Shown: positions 48,629 through 57,855 of the stretch, piece by piece
How the letters are laid out: every line of letters begins with the position of its first letter
Position numbering within the stretch: position 1 is the stretch's first letter
Assembly (NCBI GenBank): GCA_050331115.1
Contig: JBHJHD010000040.1
Location: forward strand, 3,935 to 67,934
Direction of reading: 5' to 3'
Source: Elainellaceae cyanobacterium
GTDB taxonomy: Bacteria > Cyanobacteriota > Cyanobacteriia > CAKZMO01
Length of the DNA stretch: 64,000 bases
The notes under the pieces: model-generated
Seen by the model: the letters and a program-made list of their open reading frames with translations, nothing else
Databases searched by the model: none
Told to the model about the DNA's origin: nothing
Translations under genes and position numbers: made by a program

Positions 48629-48718
48629 GCCCCATGCCAGCTGCCTATCAATAAATCAGAAGCAAACCCTGCAGACCAACGCTTCTGGCTCTGCAAATGA
48701 CAATTAAGGATACCTGTC

Positions 48719-49912
48719 ATGCTCGGCCTACTCAATCCCACCCGTCTAATCAAAACCCTCCAGCAGCGCACGCCTCTGGGCCTGCTTCAGCTCAAGCACG
48801 ACCCTCTGCGACTGCTGACGGCGATCGCCGGCATCACCTTTGCCGATATCCTCATCTTTATGCAGCTCGGCTTTGCTGACGCCCTTTACACCACCAACAC
48901 CCAGTACCCCCGCAGCCTCCAGGCCGACCTCGTGCTGATCAGCACCCAGGCCAAGAACTTTAACCAGCTGCGCACCTTCCCCCGGCGACGTCTCTACCAG
49001 GCGCAGGACGTCCCTGGCGTCGCGTCTACCGATGCCCTCTACGTCGGCTCCGCCGAATGGCGCAATCCTCAAACTCGCGAGGAGACCTCGATGATGGTGC
49101 TGGGCCAAAACCCAGAGCGAGCCGCGTTTGCGCTGCCTGAAGTCAACCAGCAGCTTGACGCCATTTACCTGCCCGATGCGGTGCTGTTTGACCAGGCCTC
49201 GCGGGGCGACTACGACGCAGTCGTGGCGAGCGTCGAGCAGGGCGAGCGGGTCACCACAGAAATTGGCTTGCGCACCATCGCCGTGGCGGGACTGTTTGAA
49301 GTGGGGGCGTCCTTTGCTGATGACGGGGCCCTGATTACGAGCGACCAGAATTTTCTGCGGCTGTTTCCTCGGCGCAGCGCGGGTGCCGTGAGCCTGGGGC
49401 TAGTGCGCCTAGAGCCCGAAGCAGACCCAGAGCAGGTCAGCGCCGCCCTAAGGGCACGACTGCCTGAGGATGTGCAGGTGATGACCCACGACGCCTACGT
49501 CGCGTTTGAGCTGAACGACATTAAGTCAGCATCGCCCATTGGCTTTGTCTTCGGCCTGGGAACCGCTATGGGCTTTATCGTCGGCGTGGTGATCGTTTAC
49601 CAGGTGCTCTCCACTGACGTCAATAGCCACCTTGCTGAATACGCCACCTTTAAGGCGATGGGCTACCGCAACCGCTATTTACTGGGGGTGGTGTTCGAGG
49701 AGGCGCTGATCCTATCGCTGCTGGGCTTCCTCCCTGGTATCGCGATCGCCCTAGGGGCCTATCAGCTCACGGCAGCGGCCACGGCCCTGCCCATCGCCAT
49801 GCCTCTCAGCCGCGCCCTGCTGGTGTTCTTACTCACCCTGCTGATGTGCGGCGGCTCGGGGGCGATCGCCACCCGCCGCCTCCAGGCCGCCGATCCTGCC
49901 GATATTTTCTAA
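48719..49912 (+). CDS. devC: DevC-family ABC exporter permease (FtsX-like)
   Basis: 397 aa. N-terminal TM, large periplasmic loop and a C-terminal FtsX-type 3-TM bundle. Confidence 0.8.
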   Translation: MLGLLNPTRLIKTLQQRTPLGLLQLKHDPLRLLTAIAGITFADILIFMQLGFADALYTTNTQYPRSLQADLVLISTQAKNFNQLRTFPRRRLYQAQDVPGVASTDALYVGSAEWRNPQTREETSMMVLGQNPERAAFALPEVNQQLDAIYLPDAVLFDQASRGDYDAVVASVEQGERVTTEIGLRTIAVAGLFEVGASFADDGALITSDQNFLRLFPRRSAGAVSLGLVRLEPEADPEQVSAALRARLPEDVQVMTHDAYVAFELNDIKSASPIGFVFGLGTAMGFIVGVVIVYQVLSTDVNSHLAEYATFKAMGYRNRYLLGVVFEEALILSLLGFLPGIAIALGAYQLTAAATALPIAMPLSRALLVFLLTLLMCGGSGAIATRRLQAADPADIF

Positions 49913-50031
49913 TTCCCATCCAATACCCGCACGGGCGAATGGCCATCCGCCCCGACCTATCTGCCATTCACGATACCCATACGGGCATAGCATGCTGTGC
50001 CCCAACAAATCCACAACGTAAAATTCGAATC

Positions 50032-50733
50032 ATGGCCCCACAACCCGCCATCGCCATCCACAATCTCAGCCACGCCTTCGGCAGCGGCCAGCTCCGCAAG
50101 CAGGTGTTGACCGATATCAACCTGGAGATTGCCCCTGGGGAAATTGTCATTATGACCGGTCCATCGGGCTCCGGAAAAACCACGCTGCTAACGCTGATTG
50201 GTGGCCTGCGCTCAGCCCAGACGGGCAGCCTCAACGTCGTCGGCCACGAGCTTTGCCAGGCCAGCGATCGCCAGCTTGTTCAGGCTCGGCGACACAACGG
50301 CTACATCTTCCAGGCCCATAACCTCCACGGCAGCCTGACCGCTCTAGAAAACGTGCAGATGGGGCTAGAGGTGCATGGCGCGCAGTCTAAGTTGGAGCGT
50401 CATCGCCGCGCTGCCGATATGCTGACCCAAGTCGGACTAGAGGAGCGCATCCACTACTATCCGGCAGACCTGTCTGGGGGACAAAAGCAGCGGGTGGCGA
50501 TCGCCCGTGCCCTGGTGAGCCATCCCAAAGTTGTGCTGGCGGATGAGCCGACCGCAGCGCTGGACAGCAAGTCGGGGCGAGATGTGGTGGATATTATGTA
50601 TCGCCTAGCGAAGGAGCAGGGGTGCACCATTTTGCTGGTGACCCACGATGACCGCATTCTAGACATCGCCGATCGCATCGTTCACATGGAGGATGGCCGG
50701 TTGTCTAAGCAGACTGAGGCGATGGGCGCCTGA
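50032..50733 (+). CDS. devA: DevA-family ABC exporter ATP-binding protein
   Basis: GPSGSGKTT, LSGGQKQRVAIARAL and LADEPTAALD motifs. ATG 50032 is preferred to the 62-codon-longer track ORF. Confidence 0.85.
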   Translation: MAPQPAIAIHNLSHAFGSGQLRKQVLTDINLEIAPGEIVIMTGPSGSGKTTLLTLIGGLRSAQTGSLNVVGHELCQASDRQLVQARRHNGYIFQAHNLHGSLTALENVQMGLEVHGAQSKLERHRRAADMLTQVGLEERIHYYPADLSGGQKQRVAIARALVSHPKVVLADEPTAALDSKSGRDVVDIMYRLAKEQGCTILLVTHDDRILDIADRIVHMEDGRLSKQTEAMGA

Positions 50734-50818
50734 CGTGTCTATTTTACCTGCCCCATCCCTCAGGGCGCGATTCTTAGCTCAAAGCACGGCGCTGCATAAG
50801 CATCAGGGCGCTATGGGC

Positions 50819-51487
50819 CTACTCCAGCTCTCCAAAGCGATCGCGATATCGCGCCAGCAGCGCTTCAGCAGAGTCAGCTCGCTGCCGCTCTTGCTCGGCC
50901 CGCTGCCGCTCTTGCCCGGCCCGCTGCTCTAGCTCTAGCGTCGTCAAAAACTTGCGGCCATCGGGGCGATAAATTTCTAGCTCAGCGCCCACAGCAAAGC
51001 GAATCTGAAGCAGAGGACTAGTCCAACCATCCATATCTTCGACCGCAATGAGTTCAGCGTTTTGACGGAGCCAGCCCGCTATCTCGACCCTATCGGGATC
51101 GTAGACGTAGTACTCTTCTACCCCATAACGCTCGTAGAACTTGAACTTGCGGATCATTTCGGCCAGTCGATTACCAGGGGACAGAATTTCGAAAACCACT
51201 TGGGGAGCGACGTTATCTTCTTCCCACTGCCGGTAAGAGCCCCGATCTCCCTTGGGCCTTCCGAAAGCGACTAGAGCATCGGGAGCCTGGCGAATTTTGG
51301 GGTCTCCCTGCGCCGGATACCAGAGCAAATCGCCCGCAACAAAGACGTTTGGCTCGTGGGCAAACAGCAGCTCTAGATTCTCTTTGATGGTGACAATCTA
51401 CCGAAACTGTTCGGTGTTGTCTGCCATGGGCTGACCATCGCTGTCGGGATAGAGCGTGTCTGTGGATTGGGGAGCTGTTGACGTCAT
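50819..51487 (-). pseudogene. Uma2-family (DUF820) endonuclease interrupted by one in-frame TAG
   Basis: Track ORFs 51398..51589 (...YPDSDGQPMADNTEQFR*) and 50819..51328 are in the same frame. My translation across the gap gives FR-TAG-IVTIKENLELLFAHEPNVFVAGDLLWYP. The stop is at 51398-51400. Confidence 0.7.
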
Positions 51488-51801
51488 CGCGATCGCCTCG
51501 AGTGACAGCAGGGGTGGGCTAGAGAACCGATAACTGCTGGTTCGTCCAGATTCTGTAGCACATGTTCTAATGGATTGGGACATCTGCACGCCCTATCGCC
51601 TACGCCCCTATCGCCCATACCGCATAGGGCCAAAACCGTTGTCCTCAGTAGTAAGACCAGCCCATAGGACCAGCCCATAGGACTAGCGCAATAGTATCCT
51701 AACAAGTCTGTTCAGAGGGGCTCCTCAAAGCGGCTCACGACAAAGGGGAAGCGGCACGCCGCTTCCCCCGTCGCAATCCACAAGTTGTGCGCCCATGGAT
51801 C

Positions 51802-52197
51802 TTAGCTATCGGTGGTTGTAATTTCCGATGAGCTACCCAACTTCAGATCAGGATACTTCTCGGCCAAGTACTTGCCCAAGAATGAGCTGACGGCCGACAG
51901 AACAATTGGCCCAAGGATAAAGCCAAGAATATTGTTGACCAAAAAGCCAGGAACAAAGAGCGATGCAATCCAAAAGCAAATGCCGTTAACAATTAGGGCA
52001 AAGACGCCAAAGCTCAAGAAGGTGAGCGGCAGAGACAGCGTTGAGATCACGGGCTTAACCAGCGCGTTGACAACGCCTAGAGATACGCCAGCAATTAGCG
52101 CCGCCGAAAATGTCTTTAGCTCCACGCCAGGCACAATAAGATCAACAACGAGTAAGCTTAAAACCGTTGCAAGCCAGACTGCAAGATTTCCTACCAT
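51802..52197 (-). CDS. Phage-holin-4-2 family (YvlD-like) 4-TM membrane protein
   Basis: LVVDLIVPGVELKTFSAALIAGVSLGVVNALVKPVISTLSLPLTFLSFGVFALIVNGICFWIASLFVPGF resembles B. subtilis YvlD-type proteins. Confidence 0.65.
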   Translation of the reverse strand: MVGNLAVWLATVLSLLVVDLIVPGVELKTFSAALIAGVSLGVVNALVKPVISTLSLPLTFLSFGVFALIVNGICFWIASLFVPGFLVNNILGFILGPIVLSAVSSFLGKYLAEKYPDLKLGSSSEITTTDS

Positions 52198-52580
52198 ATC
52201 GTAAAACTCCCAAAAATTTGTTTCTATATCAATCGCTAACAGTACGTGACGCCCTTCATTGCCTTGGAACTACGCTTCGATTGAGGCTACTCCAAAGCTT
52301 TCCTAGGGATAGAGGCGATCGCTATGATTCAAATTATCGAAGCGACAGCTCTAATCCAGCATCTTCACGCTGATAGAGATTTGTGCCCCTCCCAGCTGAC
52401 CTCCTGTTACTGACGGGTATTGCAGCTAAGGTCGATGCTTTCCATCGTCAATTTTTGTAAATTTTGATGTCGAAGGATAGAGCTTTACTACGCCATGTCT
52501 AAGCTGCGGTTTCAGATTTATTGTCTATTCTTATACTGTCCTTAATGTTAATGCTCACTAATACCAAAGAGGTGATTGCG

Positions 52581-52781
52581 ATGAGCCATACTTATGAAGT
52601 ATTCGTAGATATCCGCGAATGTGAAGGCGTTGCTTGTGCTTCAAGCCGCAGGACGTCAGCGAGATACGAAATTGCTGCTGAGTCAACCCAAAGCGCTGAT
52701 TATGCCGCTCGCTCCCACGCCGGGCATGACTTCCCCGATGCTGCCGAGCTCGACGTGCGGATCACGCGAATACTTCATTAG
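52581..52781 (+). CDS. Small hypothetical protein (66 aa)
   Basis: ATG 52581 is preceded by aaagaggtga. It is followed by an intrinsic terminator 22 nt after the stop. No family recognised. Confidence 0.45.
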   Translation: MSHTYEVFVDIRECEGVACASSRRTSARYEIAAESTQSADYAARSHAGHDFPDAAELDVRITRILH

Positions 52782-52802
52782 CAAAGCTCATCATCCCAGT
52801 TG

Positions 52803-52825
52803 AAGCCTGTCCTGCAGGCTTTTTT
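52803..52825 (+). terminator. Rho-independent terminator
   Basis: Stem aagcctg (52803-09) / caggctt (52815-21), 5-nt loop, T-run through 52825. Confidence 0.65.
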
Positions 52826-52827
52826 AT

Positions 52828-52856
52828 AACCCCGCCTGCATTAAAAAGGCGGGGTT
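52828..52856. terminator. Second GC-rich hairpin between convergent genes
   Basis: Stem aaccccgcc (52828-36) / ggcggggtt (52848-56), 2 nt from the stop of the minus-strand phosphatase gene. There is no clear U-tract on the minus strand. Confidence 0.35.
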
Positions 52857-52858
52857 CT

Positions 52859-53746
52859 CTATTTTGGGGGATTTTCTGAGGCATAGGCGTTCAGCAGGTC
52901 GGCGTGAATGGCTTCAGACGCGGCAATGATTAGACCGGAGCGCTGATAGTCTTCGCAGGTATGTAGGGGCGCTAGCGGCTCTCCGGTCAGCGTCGTCACG
53001 ATGCATCCAGCCTGCTGTGCTAGAAACGCTAGGGCAGCGCCATCGATAAACTTACCGCTTCTGAGCATAGCGCCCGAGAGCGTACCGCTCAATAGGCCGT
53101 TCACGTTTGGAATGGCGGTGGTCTTTGAGTAATCGGTCTTTACGGATACCACTTGATAGCGGTCCAGTCTGCTAGCGTAGCGGCCCATATTCCAGCCCAG
53201 CAAGATGGCGTTTGTTGAGGCATCGACCTGCAGGGGGCGACAGTCTTCTAGGTCATTGGCCAGCTGTCCGACAAAGGTCCCTTCTCCCCGTAGGCCATAG
53301 TAGTAGCAGTCCTGCGCTGGCGTAATTGCAATAACGGCCTCAAAGTCATCGGCGTTGAGCACGCCTAAGATAATTTGGTAGTTGGGGTGGTTGTCGAGGT
53401 AAAAGCGCGTGCCGTCGATGGGGTCTAGGGTCACAAGATAGTCGCCGTCTGGGCCAAGGGTGGTGGCGCGAAAGTATTTGGTGTTGTAGGTTTTTTCGTA
53501 CTCTTCACCGTGGAAGCGGACGTCAGGAAAGAGCCCTAGCAGCACTACTTCTACAAAGGTTTGCACCGACAAATCGGCGTCTGTGAGCGCGGTGGCAAAG
53601 AAGTTGTCGGCCTCGCCTTTGTCGGGGTGGGACGCAATGCGGGACTGGATGCGGCGGGCGTAGGCAGCGGCCACCCGCAGGTGGGGCAGCAGCGCCGCTA
53701 GAATATCGCGCGGTGTGGGGCGGAGGTTGGGCGTGGCGGATGTCAT
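52859..53746 (-). CDS. Inositol monophosphatase/FBPase-fold family protein
   Basis: DPIDGT motif (LVTLDPIDGTRFY) and a metal-binding GEE upstream. ATG 53746 is preferred to the track start. Confidence 0.65.
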   Translation of the reverse strand: MTSATPNLRPTPRDILAALLPHLRVAAAYARRIQSRIASHPDKGEADNFFATALTDADLSVQTFVEVVLLGLFPDVRFHGEEYEKTYNTKYFRATTLGPDGDYLVTLDPIDGTRFYLDNHPNYQIILGVLNADDFEAVIAITPAQDCYYYGLRGEGTFVGQLANDLEDCRPLQVDASTNAILLGWNMGRYASRLDRYQVVSVKTDYSKTTAIPNVNGLLSGTLSGAMLRSGKFIDGAALAFLAQQAGCIVTTLTGEPLAPLHTCEDYQRSGLIIAASEAIHADLLNAYASENPPK

Positions 53747-54013
53747 AGCCTGAAGTGAATGCAGTAGAACACTGTAGTTATCCCACATCGTGTCTTTAGT
53801 TTCTGCGGTAGCCGGCGGACAGCGCTGTGATACAGCGCTATGATAACGAAGCAAGAATGATGACTAGTAGCGAAATGGGAAAGTCCGGTGGGTTTCTCAA
53901 CGAGTCCGGCGCTGTGCCGCAGCTGTGATCGAGTCATTTGCTAAACGCAGATTCTCGTCAGTCAGAATGCCATTCGCTGCTCTACTCGATCCTGCGTCGC
54001 ATGGGAGAGTGTA

Positions 54014-55048
54014 ATGACCCAAACCAAACCGTTTATTTCAGCCGATCGCTTCGACTCGGCTAGTTTCGCGCCGTCGCTAGCGCCTCTGCCGCTGTCGCGC
54101 CCGGTGCTGCTCATCGGCCACGGCAGCCGCAGCGCCCAGGGCAGGCAAAACGTGCTCGATTTTGCTGCCGCCTACCAGGCCCTCGATCGCAGCCGTCCGG
54201 TGGTGCCCTGTTTCCTGGAGCTCACCGAGCCCACTATCCAACAGGGGGTAGATGCCTGCGTTGAACAGGGCTACACCGATCTGTCGGCTCTGCCGGTGCT
54301 GCTGTTTGCCGCCCGTCACAACAAGTTCGACGTGACGGGCGAGCTAGATCGCGCCCGCCGGCGCCATCCCCAAGTGACCTTCCACTACGGACGACACTTC
54401 GGCATCACCCCCACTATTTTGGACCTGTGGCGATCGCGCCTGGCTCAGCTCGACACCCCCGACTGGAACCCGCACCGGATTAGCCGAGCCGACACGGTGC
54501 TCTTGGTGGTGGGGCGGGGCTCCAGCGACCCAGACGCCAACGGCGATCTGTGCAAGCTGGCCCGTCTGCTGTGGGAGGGCAGCGGCTACGGCGTCGTCGA
54601 AACCTGCTTTATTGGCATTACCCATCCCCGCATGGCGGAGGGCTTCCGGCGATCGCGCCTGTACTCGCCCAAGCGCGTGATTGTCTTGCCTTACTTCCTG
54701 TTTACCGGGGTGCTGATGGAAAAGGTCGCCGACATCGCCGCCCAGCAGCAGGCGGACCATCCTCACGTGCAGGTGCAGTGTTTGCCGGAGATGGGGCTGC
54801 ATCCGCAGCTGTTTCAGGTGCTGCGATCGCGAGAGATTGAAACCCAGCTAGGGCAGGTGCAGATGAACTGCGAGATGTGTAAGTTTCGGCTGGCGGCGGG
54901 AGAGGCTTCCCATGGGCATGATCACGGGCATGGACGTGATCACGGGCACGGGCATGATCACGGGCATGGACATGGGCATGATCATAGCCAGCCCGACCCC
55001 TACGCGACCCCGACCCAGTACCACGATCGCATCTGGCAAATTCCCTAA
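54014..55048 (+). CDS. cbiX: Sirohydrochlorin chelatase CbiX (long form) with His-rich C-terminal tail
   Basis: Two CbiX half-domains (LLIGHGSR..., [14 protein letters not shown]), CEMCKF, then [25 protein letters not shown]. Confidence 0.8.
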   Translation: MTQTKPFISADRFDSASFAPSLAPLPLSRPVLLIGHGSRSAQGRQNVLDFAAAYQALDRSRPVVPCFLELTEPTIQQGVDACVEQGYTDLSALPVLLFAARHNKFDVTGELDRARRRHPQVTFHYGRHFGITPTILDLWRSRLAQLDTPDWNPHRISRADTVLLVVGRGSSDPDANGDLCKLARLLWEGSGYGVVETCFIGITHPRMAEGFRRSRLYSPKRVIVLPYFLFTGVLMEKVADIAAQQQADHPHVQVQCLPEMGLHPQLFQVLRSREIETQLGQVQMNCEMCKFRLAAGEASHGHDHGHGRDHGHGHDHGHGHGHDHSQPDPYATPTQYHDRIWQIP

Positions 55049-55113
55049 TATTGCGTTGGCTCAGCTGCCTGCAGAGCGCTTGACTCGGTCAATCCGGCCT
55101 TAAGTGTGACTAA

Positions 55114-55278
55114 AGCACTGTGCCCATAGACATTGGCAACGGCGAAACGGGGCGCTGTCTGAGAGACGTTGAGCTGACCACGCTGCTGAAGCGGATGAGG
55201 GATAAAGGTCTAGTGGTGACGCTGTGCTTTGACAGCTGCCACTCCGGCGGGACAACGAGCTGCCAGCAAGCTTGGTGA
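55114..55278 (+). pseudogene. Relic of a caspase-like (peptidase C14, orthocaspase) gene: p20 fragment with catalytic Cys motif
   Basis: My translation is ...DIGNGETGRCLRDVELTTLLKRMRDKGLVVTLCFDSCHSGGTT, then TGA. There is no start codon, no upstream His-Gly region, and only about 65 bp to cbiX. Confidence 0.4.
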
Positions 55279-55329
55279 ATCAGCAGACTGAGGCGCTAGC
55301 GATGGTGCGGCAAGCCCTCCGAGACAGAC

Positions 55330-55632
55330 GTGCGGGTCCCGGAAGCCGCGATTGGCCTTAGCTTGGATGATCTGTATCTCAAAGACGAGCCGATTGTGAT
55401 GCGGGCTCGGCTGATTAATATGCTTGAGTCTGCCGCAGCGCTCACGGCAAAGATTGAGGCTGTTTCTGGCGATCGCTCGCCCTTAAATCTCGATTTTGCC
55501 CAGCAGGAGCGTGATTGGGTTTTGGCAATAGATAATTTGCCGGCGGGGCTGTATCGCGTAACGGTGCAGCATAGCAACGCTGACGCAGCGCTACCGGTCC
55601 ATGGCCTGTTCGAGGTGGTTCCGCAGGCATAG
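55330..55632 (+). CDS. Hypothetical ORF, possibly the downstream remnant of the same degraded gene
   Basis: It is in the same reading frame as 55114-55278, separated by TGA (55276) and TAG (55297). No motif recognised. Confidence 0.25.
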   Translation: MRVPEAAIGLSLDDLYLKDEPIVMRARLINMLESAAALTAKIEAVSGDRSPLNLDFAQQERDWVLAIDNLPAGLYRVTVQHSNADAALPVHGLFEVVPQA

Positions 55633-55774
55633 CGCTCACCCCCACCGACGTCGTGCGCATTTTCACCGAACGATCCCGCCGCCGCGTTAGCAGCCTCGCC
55701 CTAACCCCAGCCCCGCTCGCCCCCCGTCGACAAAATTACGAGAAACCCTTTATCGTAATCAGTAGCGCCCTCGC

Positions 55775-57223
55775 ATGACAATCGATCTCACCATGACTGA
55801 CCTGATTTTGTTTTGGCACCGCCGCGACCTACGCCTCTCAGATAACGTAGGGCTCGCCGCCGCCCGTCGGCAAAGTCCCAAGGTCGTAGGGCTGTTTTGC
55901 CTCGACCCCAATTTGCTAGAGGCGGACGACGTCGCCCCCGCTCGGGTAAAGTACATGATGGAGAGCTTGGCAGAGCTGCAGGACAGCTACGCCCAGGCCG
56001 GAAGCCACCTGCTGATTTTGCAGGACGACCCCGTCAAGGCGATTCCGGCCTTAGCCCGCGCCCTCCGCGCTACAGACGTGTTTTGGAACTGGGATGTGGA
56101 GCCCTATTCCCAAGCGCGCGATCGCCAGGTGCGGGAAGCCCTCAAAGAATTTGGCGTCAATGTACACACCACCTGGGACCAGCTCATGCACGGGCCGGGG
56201 GAAGTGCGCACCAATGCGGGGGACCCCTACACGGTGTACACGCCGTTCTGGAAAAACTGGAGGACCCATCCCAAGGCTGCCCCAGAGCCCAAGTTTGCCG
56301 ACGCTAAAGGCCTCTCCGCTGAAGAAAAGCAGACTGCCGAAGACGCGGGCGCTGTTCCCCTCCCCACCGCTAAGGATTTAGGCTTCGAATGGGATACACC
56401 GCTGCTGCTGACGCCCGGTGAGGCGGCAGCCCAAGCGCGGCTAGAAGAGTTCTGCGAGAGCGATCGCGACATTGCCGAGTACGACGACCAGCGAAACTTC
56501 CCGGCGGTGCCCGGCACCTCATACCTGAGCGCCGCCCTCAAGTTTGGCACCCTGGGCATCCGCATCGCCTGGGAGATGGCCGACGACGCCCTGAGCCGCT
56601 CCCGCAGCGATGAGACCTACCGCAATATCCAGACCTGGGAGCAGGAGCTGGCCTGGCGGGAATTTTACCAGCATGCCATGTACTTCTTCCCCGAGCTGGC
56701 GGAGGGTCCCTACCGGGAGCACTTCAAGGACTTTCCGTGGGACAACAACGAAGACTACTTCGACGCCTGGTGCGAAGGCCGCACCGGCTACCCCATCGTG
56801 GACGCCGCCATGCGCCAGCTTAACGAAATCGGCTGGATGCACAACCGCTGCCGCATGATTGTGGCCAGCTTTTTAACCAAGGACCTAATCATTGACTGGC
56901 GCTGGGGCGAGCACTACTTTATGCAGCGGCTCTATGATGGGGATCTGTCTGCTAACAATGGCGGCTGGCAGTGGAGCGCTTCTAGCGGTATGGACCCCAA
57001 GCCGCTGCGCATCTTCAATCCGGCCAGTCAGGCAAAGAAATATGATCCCGAGGCGGACTATATCCGGGAGTGGCTGCCGGAGCTGCGGACTATAGATACG
57101 GGGCCGCTGGTGACGGGGGACATCCCTGAAGATGAGCGCGATCGCTGCGGCTATGTACCACCAATTGTCGACCACAGCGAGCAGCAGCGGCGCTTCAAAA
57201 AAATCTACAAGGAGCAAAAGTGA
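55775..57223 (+). CDS. phr: Deoxyribodipyrimidine (CPD) photolyase
   Basis: LFWHRRDLRLSDNVGL, and an FAD-binding C-terminus with GWMHNRCRMIVASFLTKDL and NNGGWQW. Confidence 0.95.
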   Translation: MTIDLTMTDLILFWHRRDLRLSDNVGLAAARRQSPKVVGLFCLDPNLLEADDVAPARVKYMMESLAELQDSYAQAGSHLLILQDDPVKAIPALARALRATDVFWNWDVEPYSQARDRQVREALKEFGVNVHTTWDQLMHGPGEVRTNAGDPYTVYTPFWKNWRTHPKAAPEPKFADAKGLSAEEKQTAEDAGAVPLPTAKDLGFEWDTPLLLTPGEAAAQARLEEFCESDRDIAEYDDQRNFPAVPGTSYLSAALKFGTLGIRIAWEMADDALSRSRSDETYRNIQTWEQELAWREFYQHAMYFFPELAEGPYREHFKDFPWDNNEDYFDAWCEGRTGYPIVDAAMRQLNEIGWMHNRCRMIVASFLTKDLIIDWRWGEHYFMQRLYDGDLSANNGGWQWSASSGMDPKPLRIFNPASQAKKYDPEADYIREWLPELRTIDTGPLVTGDIPEDERDRCGYVPPIVDHSEQQRRFKKIYKEQK

Positions 57224-57374
57224 AGCCCAAGAATCGGGGCGCTGTCTTTGATCGGGGCGATTGATCGGGGCGATCGCGACCAAGGTGCTGTGCCTGGCCA
57301 GGTGAGCGGCTCCGCTCAAGTTGCGAAAATAGAATTACAGAGTTACGCTGTGTCGATTGAGGATGTGAAACGCT

Positions 57375-57758
57375 ATGTCAGATTTAACCGGAGCTTGGCT
57401 TGGAACGTATTGGCAAAACAGTCAGCCGACCCGCTTTGAAGTAACCTTTGTTCAGGCCAACAATACCCTCACGGGCCGCATTTTAGACGACGGCGGCCTT
57501 GGTGAAGCGCAGCTTAGCGGCGATGTGACGGGCCGTCGCGTCAGCTTCACCAAGCGCTACCTCACCGCCGCTAATCCTCCCGTTGAGTATACGGGCACGG
57601 TTGCGGAAGATGAGGGCTTTATGTCGGGCGTGTGGCAGATCGGCAGTCGCTACTCCGGCAAATGGGAGGCCCACCGCACCGGCGAGAGCCTAGTGGCTGA
57701 GCTAAATAAGCAGATGGAGCGCCAGCCAGCCCTAGCCGCCCCTGCCGCTGCTAAGTAG
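57375..57758 (+). CDS. Hypothetical protein
   Basis: 127 aa. gagga lies upstream of the ATG. No family recognised. Confidence 0.45.
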   Translation: MSDLTGAWLGTYWQNSQPTRFEVTFVQANNTLTGRILDDGGLGEAQLSGDVTGRRVSFTKRYLTAANPPVEYTGTVAEDEGFMSGVWQIGSRYSGKWEAHRTGESLVAELNKQMERQPALAAPAAAK

Positions 57759-57769
57759 CCCCACATAGC

Positions 57770-57824
57770 AAATGTCCTGATGCATTAGGACATTTGCGCG
57801 CGCTGCGGCCAAACCCGCCCCGAC
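57770..57824. repeat. Hairpin aaatgtcct-N8-aggacattt plus solo REP-arm gccaaacccgccccgac
   Basis: Hairpin at 57770-57795. The arm at 57808-57824 is identical to the 3' arm of the RAYT-flanking repeat. It lies between convergent genes. Confidence 0.6.
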
Positions 57825-57855
57825 GACCTGCCCCGACACCCCCCATCCCTCAGGC

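Noticed and set aside
51812-52204. 130-aa ORF antisense to the holin-4 family gene
   Set aside because: The minus-strand product shows the characteristic 4-TM YvlD-like sequence. The plus-strand product is Lys/Thr/Ser-rich with no features.
53855-54013. Possible cobalamin riboswitch upstream of cbiX
   Set aside because: The region is only about 160 nt, and I could not find a B12-box-like GCCACTG core or the expected paired elements.
54344-54802. 152-aa ORF antisense to cbiX
   Set aside because: It is nested opposite a recognisable chelatase and has an artefact-like composition.
54903-54995. Highly repetitive cat/ggc/gat DNA that could look like a microsatellite or array
   Set aside because: It is the in-frame His/Gly/Asp-rich tail of long-form CbiX, a known feature of this enzyme class.
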